DNA from: Camelus ferus
Taxonomy: Eukaryota
Length of the DNA stretch: 64,000 nt
Direction of reading: 5' to 3'
Assembly (NCBI RefSeq): GCF_009834535.1
Contig: NC_045696.1
Span: 80,912,001 to 80,976,000 of the forward strand
In this document: positions 56,111-64,000 of the stretch, piece after piece
Position numbering within the stretch: the first letter of the stretch is position 1
Layout of the letters: every line of letters starts with the position of its first letter
Made by a program: the position numbers and the translations under genes
The notes under the pieces: generated by a model
What the model was told of the DNA's origin: nothing
What the model saw: the letters and a program-made list of their open reading frames with translations, nothing else
The model's database searches: none

Positions 56111-56939
56111 AGTGTTTCAAAGGTGGGTCCTACCTTACAGTGCTCTAATAGAGCCCCCAGATTTCTGTGAGGTGCTCCATCCTTTCTCTGTCACACAAGG
56201 TCACCGTGGGGCACCATTCACATCCACAGTTATCATAGATCTATGTATTAACTATGTGACAATATTGTGGCAAATGGCAGTAAAGTCTCTTGGGAAAGGA
56301 CCAGCTTCCTCTCATGTCTGACATCCCACCATTTGGGTTCGAGGCAGGGCTGCCATTACTTTACACCCTGACAGTCCCCGTCATAGAGGGTAGGTAGCTC
56401 GTGCCCCCTATTCAACCCGACCCTTCTGCTCCGAGTCTGCAGAAGCAGTGGAATGTGGGGCTAAGGCAAGAGGAGCCAGAAGGAAAAACAGCCTGTCATT
56501 TGTAGGACACCTCAAGGATTCAAAATTGTGGCTTCGCAATGATTAATGCAGAAAACGTAACATCGTTGTTGACTACACGGCAGAGATACGCAGACAAAGC
56601 GCAGATTGAACTAATATTAAAATACTTGCTCTTCCCATGTGAAAGTCAACATTTGCAGCTCATTTGGATTTAAAAATAGAATGGAGGGAAGTTGATATAG
56701 AAGCTGTTGGTGTGCCACACAAGTGAGGCAAGAGAATGGAAACGCAAAGCCACTAATGATAATCTGTATCTGAGAGTGGACTCGATTGCTTATGAAGGGC
56801 CTCTTGGGTCTTGACATTTATAATTATATGACCATGAATTATAGTCTACAGAATATGATTCGTAAGTGTAAAAGCTGATTTAACTGAGCTGGTAAGTGAT
56901 CTTTTCCCTCTGTATGCTTCATGATTACATCAGTTAGAA

Positions 56940-57480
56940 TCCTTTGAGCCACAAGATAAAAAATTCAGCTAGAAGTATGTGAAATAAGGAAAATGTATTA
57001 TGTCACATAACAGAAGGTAAGGAAATTCGAAGATTGGCTGGTTCAGTGACTTAAGGACCCAGAGTCTTTCTTCTTTCTGCTTTTCCACCTTCAGCTTGTC
57101 TGTTTGTCCCCTAGTAGTTACAAAATGGCTGCAGCAGCTCCTGGAATCATGTCCTCATGCAACCCTTCAAGCCAGAGTATCCAAAGACTGGAGGAGATAC
57201 CATCTTGTTCTTGTGTTTATTTTTAAGAAGTAGAAAAAAATTTCTCAGAAGCCCCTCACAGATTTTCCCTCATGGTACACAGGCTGGAATCATGTCAAGT
57301 GGCCATTCCTAAGCCAGTCACTGGCAAAAAGCAGTGGCTGACTTCGATGGATCCAGGGTCAACCCTGGGTTAAGGAGGGCCCTGCCTCCCTAAAGCACAG
57401 TGTCTGTTGATAACAAAATCAAAATTAGGGTTTCATTAGCAAGGAAGAATCAAGTCTAGAGGGCAAATGAGCACCTGCCA
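56940..57480. mobile_element. Old MaLR/ERVL-type solo LTR (MLT1-like)
   Basis: Motifs caaaatggctgcagcagctcc..atcatgtcc and ggccattcctaagccagtcactggcaa. Confidence 0.55.
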
Positions 57481-57519
57481 GATGAGAAAATTGTTCCGTT
57501 TGGCTGTCTCTCTTTCTAG

Positions 57520-57673
57520 GCTCTGCCAACATAAATGACCGGAGCATGCTGGGGAAACGTGACAGTGAGATGGCCATCATCATGCAGGACACCGAGACGG
57601 TCCCTTCGGTAATGGATGGAAAAGAGTACCAAGCTGGCCGGTTCGCCCAGGGGCTTCGGCTGCAGTGCTTCCG
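57520..57673 (+). CDS. PLD1: PLD1 coding exon (154 nt): (G)[50 protein letters not shown](R)
   Basis: Acceptor ttctag|GC and donor CG|gtgggt. GSANIN completes the second PLD motif. I did not find the next exon in the window. Confidence 0.97.
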
Positions 57674-57927
57674 GTGGGTCTCTGAAGCTGGTTCTCCCTT
57701 ACGTAGTCCTGCTGCAGTGGGCACTGGAACCCCACCCCCACCCCCCAGCCTCTTGCCTTTAGCACACATGCCGTCTCCAGGGTCTTCTTCTCTAAAACAG
57801 CATCCCCCAGGACACAGGACGTGAACCCCCAGTCGTATGCAAAATGACTGTGTGGGGCACAAACGTTTCCTATGTCAATAGTTTTTATTATTTTTATGTC
57901 CAGTAGAGAAAACTAGCATTTAAAATC

Positions 57928-57935
<8 letters not shown>

Positions 57936-57967
<32 letters not shown>

Positions 57968-58028
57968 CATACATACACACATATATATATAAATATATAT
58001 ATATGTATATATATAAAAATATATATAT
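57936..58028. repeat. (TA)n compound microsatellite
   Basis: Seen directly in sequence. Confidence 0.95.
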
Positions 58029-58202
58029 TTAAATTGATTTAGGACCAGGTCAAACCGTCTAGTGTCTATTTAAGTTTTTTATAGTGAGTCCATTTTTAGA
58101 AATTGAAATAGTTCCAGTAATACAAGGATATGATAAAAATTCCCAAAGGAGAATGTGAGAGATGCTGGTGTTAAATTTAAACGTGGGAACTTCAGTTCTC
58201 AG

Positions 58203-58257
58203 ATTTAAGATGACCTCCAGACATGGATGGCTCTTGATCTTCTGTAAGAAAATGTGA
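58203..58257 (+). other. PLD1: Candidate alternative exon, counterpart of the human PLD1D-type truncating exon
   Basis: Acceptor ttctcag|A. The phase-2 continuation reads FKMTSRHGWLLIFCKKM*, whose start resembles the recalled human tail SKMTPGVEDP*. Confidence 0.5.
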
Positions 58258-59319
58258 GTTTCAAACAAGTCTGTGGTCAAGCAGAGAACACTGGGCTAGG
58301 AAGCAAAGGATGTGTGGCTCTAAATGAGTCCTTCATTCAATTAAGGTTGACTGAGAACTTTCCTGGGCGGGGCTCTGACCAGCCCCTGTAGTCTGATCTC
58401 AGTGGTCAGAGTGATCCTTCCAGAACCTAACTCAGAGCCGGTCACTCCTCTGCTCAGCCGCTCCCCAGTGGCTTCTTATCTTTTCTTTTTCCCCAAATGG
58501 CTTCTTATCTCCTCTCACTCTTCCCCTCGCCCACTGCAGACACACTGAGCTCCCCACTGTCTGTGGAACACCCCGACCACCTTCCCATCTGCACGCTTTT
58601 TGCAGTATGTCCATAATTCTATGATTCCAGAACTATATTGTCCAGGATGGGATTTCAGTGTGGCCTCTACAGTGAGACAGAGCCAAATGCCCCTGATTAA
58701 GGATGGCATTTTAAGCCATTTGATGAGAGGCACTGCATAGATACTGGTGCAATGCTGTCGTTTTAACCCTTCCGGTGTTAATGGTCGCTTTTGGAAACTG
58801 GCTCACTTGCAGACAGGCACATAGGGAGCCCTTCCCTCCTGCAGGTGCTGGCGGCCATTACCTCATACTCCACACTCTGGCTTTTGAGACCCAAGCTTCA
58901 GTTCCAGAGATGTTCATTCTGCTCCCTCTGCCCCAGAGGAGCTCAGCAAGTTCATCCCTCAAAATCTGACTGTCAATCCCTTGTCACAGCTTTTATTGCT
59001 TTATTTATTGTCCTTGTTACTAATTGTTTTACCAGTAAAATTTTTTTTCAGACCATTGATACTCCAATTAGCATCTGATGTTAAATTGTTTTGTTTAACA
59101 GGGGACAGTTTAAAATTAGTATCATGTTAATCAACCCACTGATTGCCTACTGCAGCTTATATAAGGAAACAAATATTTCCTCCTGTAAACTAGAAGTAAA
59201 TGTCACACCATTCCAGTTCCATGAGAACTTGAGTATTTAAAGATGTGAGCTTCTTTAAAACTTTCTAAACGTGGAATGATTATAGAGGGAGAGGATTCTC
59301 CTTACAACACATTGTCACT

Positions 59320-60910
59320 TTAGAAAATTGGATAAACACAGAAAAGCAATAAGAAAATTAAATTTGTCTGTAATCCCACCACTCAGTGCTAACAATTTCA
59401 ACATTCCACTTTTTTCTATACATAAATATTACGATACTGTATTTCTCTTTTTAAACATAATTAGGATCTTGTAGTTCTACAAAGGTCTTCATTATTTAAA
59501 CACTGTTACACTTTTCCATGTCATTAGAGTGTTCTTCTGTGACACTGAATGGCTGCATTGTGTTACATCGTATGAGTATGCCATAATCCCTTTAACCAAA
59601 ACCTCACTGACAGGCAAGTTTTTTTGCTGATGTAAAGAAGTAGGTATGTTTGTAGACAGCATCTTGCTTACCTTCTTAATTGTTTCCTTGACTATGTCCC
59701 AACTATGGAATTTCTAGTCAAAGGAAGTGTGCAGTTTCCTTTGCCCTCTGATTTCTTATCCTATTTATCACCAGCAGTGTTTTAGAGGGCTTAGCCCTCC
59801 TATCTTTTCTGAGTTCTATTAAATTACTTCATCTTTGCTGATTTGTTGGGTTTCAAATAGAATTTCATTATTTTAAGTTGCAATTTGAGGGTTTAAAAAT
59901 GTATTCGTTAGCCATTTGCAGTTGTCCTTTTGTAAATTGTCTAGATTATTTCTGTCCTTTGACCAATTTTGTTGGAATGTTTCACTTTCTTTTAATGATT
60001 TATAAGTAATTTAAGTATATAAGGGGCTAGTTTCTTTCTCCCATTTGTTGTGAATCTGATTTGCCAATTGCCTTTTAATCATATTTAGAGCATTTGGGTA
60101 AAACTTCAGTTTTTATTAATCAAATCTATCAGGTTTTTCTTTTGTTCCTCCTTTTAAAAAATATACTTTAGAATAGCTTCCCCAGCCCAAGATCAAATAT
60201 TTACTTATATTTTCCTCCAGCGTTTGTTTGATATTACTTCTTACATTTAACATCTGCAATTTATTTCAATGTAAGGAATGAAGTAGGGACTCTAACTCCT
60301 TTTCCCCAACAAACCAGCTGGTCTAGAACTGCATGATTGCAGCACTCTGTGCCTCTCCGGCCTGCAGTGCCTCTTCCTGGAGCACCGAGTTGCCATGCAT
60401 CCTGACTTGTCTCTGCTCTCTGTGATGTCCTATTGAAAGTCTGCTGACTCGCACACCAGTGTGATACCACTTTAATTATTGTAGCCGTGCACTGTAATGC
60501 TACTTCCTGCCATACCACTTCCCCAAATTAGTATTCTTTTCCAGAATAATCTTGGCTACTTTGTTTGTTTTTGTGTATTTCTGGTTTGGGGGGGGTGGTA
60601 ATTAGGTTTATTTATTTATTTTTAATGGAGTACTGGAGATTGAACCCAGGACCTCGTGCGTGCTAAGTGTGCGCTCTACCACTGAGCTATACCCGCCCTT
60701 CCTTGCCTACTTTTAAATAGTCATTCTTCTAAATGAACTTTAAAATTATTTATTCAAGTTTTCTCATCAGTTTTTTAAATCAGGATTGCAGTATATTTAT
60801 AGATTAATATAAAAAGAGTTGACATCTTTATAATATTGAGCCATCCTATTGAAGAGCAGGGTATAGGCTTCAATTTATTCAAATTTTCTTTTGTTCTTCA
60901 ATAAAGCTTT
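59320..60910 (-). mobile_element. Old antisense L1 (L1ME-like), interrupted by a SINE
   Basis: Degenerate antisense L1 motifs (tagccatttg..ttttgtaaattgtct; ttgacatctttataatattgag). Confidence 0.6.
60563..60701 (-). mobile_element. tRNA-Ala-derived SINE (Vic-1-like)
   Basis: Same head and the same aaacctaattac body motif. TSD cttggctacttt at 60551 and cttgcctacttt at 60702. Inserted in an old L1. Confidence 0.85.
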
Positions 60911-62491
60911 AGGGTTTTCATTACTGGAAGCAGGAGCCCTTCAGTAATCATTAAAGTCTTTTGTTGTTATCGGTTTTTTCGCTGATCCCATACATCTCAT
61001 GCTAAGCTCACTGCTAGGTGCTTTATTTTCCTGGCAACTTTCAAACTATCTTAAAGAGGCACTTGTTCTTGAACAACCATTTTCACTTTGCCATTATGGC
61101 AAACACAAATAATATATTAAAAAGCACCATGAAAACTTTGTGTTGATTTTAGCTGTTTTTTATTAGGAAATATTCTCAAAGATAAATATTGTGGCCTAAA
61201 ACAGAGCCATTTTCTCCCTTAAAAAAATGCAACTTCAATCATTTTCCATCTGGGCTACTTTTGAATAGAAATAAAGAGATTCATTTTAATGTGAAGTCGA
61301 TTCTAAATAGGATCAACCATCAGGGTACTGCACTGAATGTCACAACTACGTGCCAAACAGTTCATTAAGTCCTAGCAAATTATCCAAACTTTACAGATGC
61401 AGCTGTCATTCAATAGAACCATGATCCACACAAGCAGAGCTCAGAATCATTTAGAGTGATAGACATGAAGAATGTGAAGAACAGAAACAGTTTCCTGCAG
61501 GTTTCCTACTGTCCCCCTGATGCATAAACAATCCAGCATTAAATCGTTGCCATTATACACGTCAACATAAAAGCAAATCCATTTACTCTGAAACCTCAAA
61601 AGAATACCCAGAATACTTTGTATTATTTTTTCCGTGCATTTTAATGTAAATTTTTATAATTAAAAAATTGATAGGGGAAGTAACTTATTACTGAATAGTG
61701 TCTGTTACAGACAAATTTATTTAACTGCTTTCTCTACACACGAGCTCTTAACTGATAACTTGATAGACACACTGCCTCACCTCTCGTTCTAACTTAAAAG
61801 CAAAGTCACAGAAACATTCTTTCTGCTCTGTTTTCAGCTGGTTAGACGCGACCCAAATCAAAGGTATTATTATAATTGGCTTATTGTTATAACTTGTTCT
61901 GTCCTTCAAATCTGGTGCAGTTAAATTCTGCTTTGGGTCTTAAGGTGCAGCAGCATCTGTGCAAACATCATCCCTTAGGATCTTTTTGAAAGTTATTCCT
62001 GTGTAGTCCGAAGGAGACATTATTTGAAGTGGAAATAGAATTTTGAGGTTATAAAACTCTAAGAATCCTGGTGAGCCCAGGTGCCAGGTATGTTTATTTT
62101 AGAGAATTTTTATACAGCAGAAAAACTGCAGACTAAAACTAAAATGAGATGCCTTTTTATCCATAAGCTGGCTGAGCTTTTTCAGGAGTTGATAGTACCG
62201 GAGATGACTGGGGAGAACACACGTGGTTAATAACCGTATGTGTTGGAACAGCCTCTCTTGAAGTAAATTTCGCATACTGTTTGACCCAGGAATTTTAATT
62301 CTTAAATTTCTGCTAGTGAAATAATCATAGAAATGTACAAAGTATTAGATGTGATGAATAAATTATGCATTATAGTATTATTTAAATAATCATGGAAAAC
62401 TGGAAGCTACCCAAAAGGTCATAATAAAATAATTGGTTGAATAAAATTTCACATGACAGGAAATTCTACAGTCATTAAAAATGATGATGTA

Positions 62492-62614
62492 GTGGGGAGG
62501 GGATAGCTCTAGTGACAGAGCGCATGCTTAGCACACACGAGGTCCTGGGTTCCATCCCTAGTACCTCCTCCAAGTAGAAATGAATGAATAAACCTAATTA
62601 CCTCCCCCTCATAC
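62492..62614 (+). mobile_element. tRNA-Ala-derived SINE (Vic-1-like)
   Basis: GGGGAGGGGATAGCTC..GAGCGCATGCTTAGCAC..GGGTTCCATCCC. TSD aaaaatgatgatgta at 62477 and aaaaatggtgatgta at 62615. Confidence 0.85.
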
Positions 62615-62659
62615 AAAAATGGTGATGTAAACCTATATATTTCAATACAAAGAAGGTGA

Positions 62660-63420
62660 CAATATTATGACCTCCACACTGTTAAATCCAGTGGCCAGCT
62701 TCTCATCTGAACTGAACACCATTCTCCTTGACGTACTTCGTGTGGTTCCAGGACACTCACCCTCTGGCTTCTCTGCAGCCTCACTGACTGCTCTTTCTCT
62801 CCCCTGCTGTCAGGTGCTCTGGTCCCCTTCTCTGTCTGTACTCACTACTTTGGTAAATTCAGTTAAAGTGCTATGGCTTTAGGAATATATATATATATAT
62901 AGACAATTCGCAATTGTATCTCCAGCCAAATCTTCTCTACCAAACTCCAGGTTCATGTATCCAGCTGCCCACTTAGCATTGCCACTGGAATATTTAATAG
63001 ATGTCCCAGCAGTTTCAAAATTGAATTCTTGGTCTTCCTCCACAAATGGACTTTACCCACAGCATCCTCCTTCTCAGCTAGTGACAACTACATTCTTCCA
63101 GTTGCTCGAGCCAAAGCCCTTTTAGTCACCCTGATGCCTCATTTTTTCTCACACCCTCTGTCTACTGGATCAATAAAACCTTATGTTTCCACCACCCACG
63201 GCACCATCATCTCCCACCAAGATGACTGCAGTGACTCCAACTGGTGTCCCTGTTTCAGCCCTTACCCTGCACAGTCTGTTCTCAGTACAGCAGCCGTATT
63301 TTAATATGTAAGTCAGATCCTGTCCCTCCCGGCTCCAGTGTCCACAAGACGCCCCAATTTCACTCAATGTAAAAAGCCCAAGTCCTTCAGAGGCCTGTGT
63401 CCCCACTTGTATTTCCAACG
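62660..63420 (+). mobile_element. L2 remnant
   Basis: atctccagcc..tctct..aactccag..tatccagctgccc..tcttccagttgctc..gccaaa..aaagcccaagtcctt. Confidence 0.75.
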
Positions 63421-64000
63421 TAGTACAAGCCTTTTGGGTATTTCTGAGCCTGCCTATGTGAGAAGAGGGCTTTGGCCCCAGTGGTGATTCTAACTCTAGT
63501 AATAGTATGTCTCCAACCTTTGGTTTCCCATTTGCAAAATGCGAATCATGTAGCATCTACATCGCAGGATTAAGATGGAAGTGCTTTTTAACTCTCAGGC
63601 TTTATGTAAGTACAAGAGTCCTTCTGATTTTCAAATATGACCTCTAAAACTCGTCTTGCTTTGCTTGAGAATTTCTTGTCATTTCTGGTCCTCTGTTTAT
63701 ATTTGATCAATTCAGGCAACATCCACTACCTGGCTTCTTTTATGCCAGGTGCTCTGGGGATGTGAGAGGAGCCGGGTCCTCTTCTCTCCAAGAATTTACA
63801 CACTGGAAGTGGGAGACGGGCCTGTTAAAAACAAAAAGTGCGTAAAGCATCGCAAGTGCTCCGATAAGAACGAACCGTAGGAAGCACAGAGTGGGGACAA
63901 AGGAAGAATGTTCAGATCACTCAGAATTGACGGGAAGAAATGGGAGATGGGAGATGGGGGACTCGTGCAAAGTTTTATAGAGGCGATCCTTGGACTGAAC

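Noticed and set aside
57674..57824. Proline-rich read-through ORF (…[10 protein letters not shown]…) after the GSANIN exon
   Set aside because: It lies past a valid GT donor in C-rich intron sequence. Nothing supports intron retention.
57425..57862. 145-aa antisense ORF over a PLD1 exon (likewise 10014-10355)
   Set aside because: Antisense shadow of coding and GC-rich sequence.
62492..62572. Possible tRNA-Ala gene
   Set aside because: Degenerate stems, a SINE body and tail, and a TSD make it a SINE rather than a tRNA gene.

Overview
Mammalian genomic DNA containing the central part of the phospholipase D1 gene (PLD1) on the + strand. It is most likely from a camelid, judged from three tRNA-Ala-like SINEs resembling Vic-1. 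I traced 14 coding exons (1015 to 57673, 1737 nt in total). All have AG/GT boundaries and matching phases, and they splice into one open frame equivalent to about residues 382-961 of human PLD1a. That frame includes both HKD catalytic motifs, the PLD1-specific loop, the 114-nt PLD1a/b cassette exon and the polybasic PIP2-binding motif. The gene's start and end lie outside the window. Introns hold L1, L2, MIR, MaLR-like LTR, DNA-transposon and microsatellite sequence, and nearly all ORF-track entries outside exons are noise. I found no novel multi-gene system. The best leads are a frameshifted counterpart of the human PLD1D alternative exon that could act as an in-frame cassette, apparent loss of the Ser505 AMPK site, a conserved PLD1C alternative frame, a diverged ~230-bp duplication bracketing the HKD1 exon, and an L1-retrocopied LTR 3' end. 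Comparisons with human PLD1 rely on my recollection of the human sequence, and repeat boundaries and family names are approximate.
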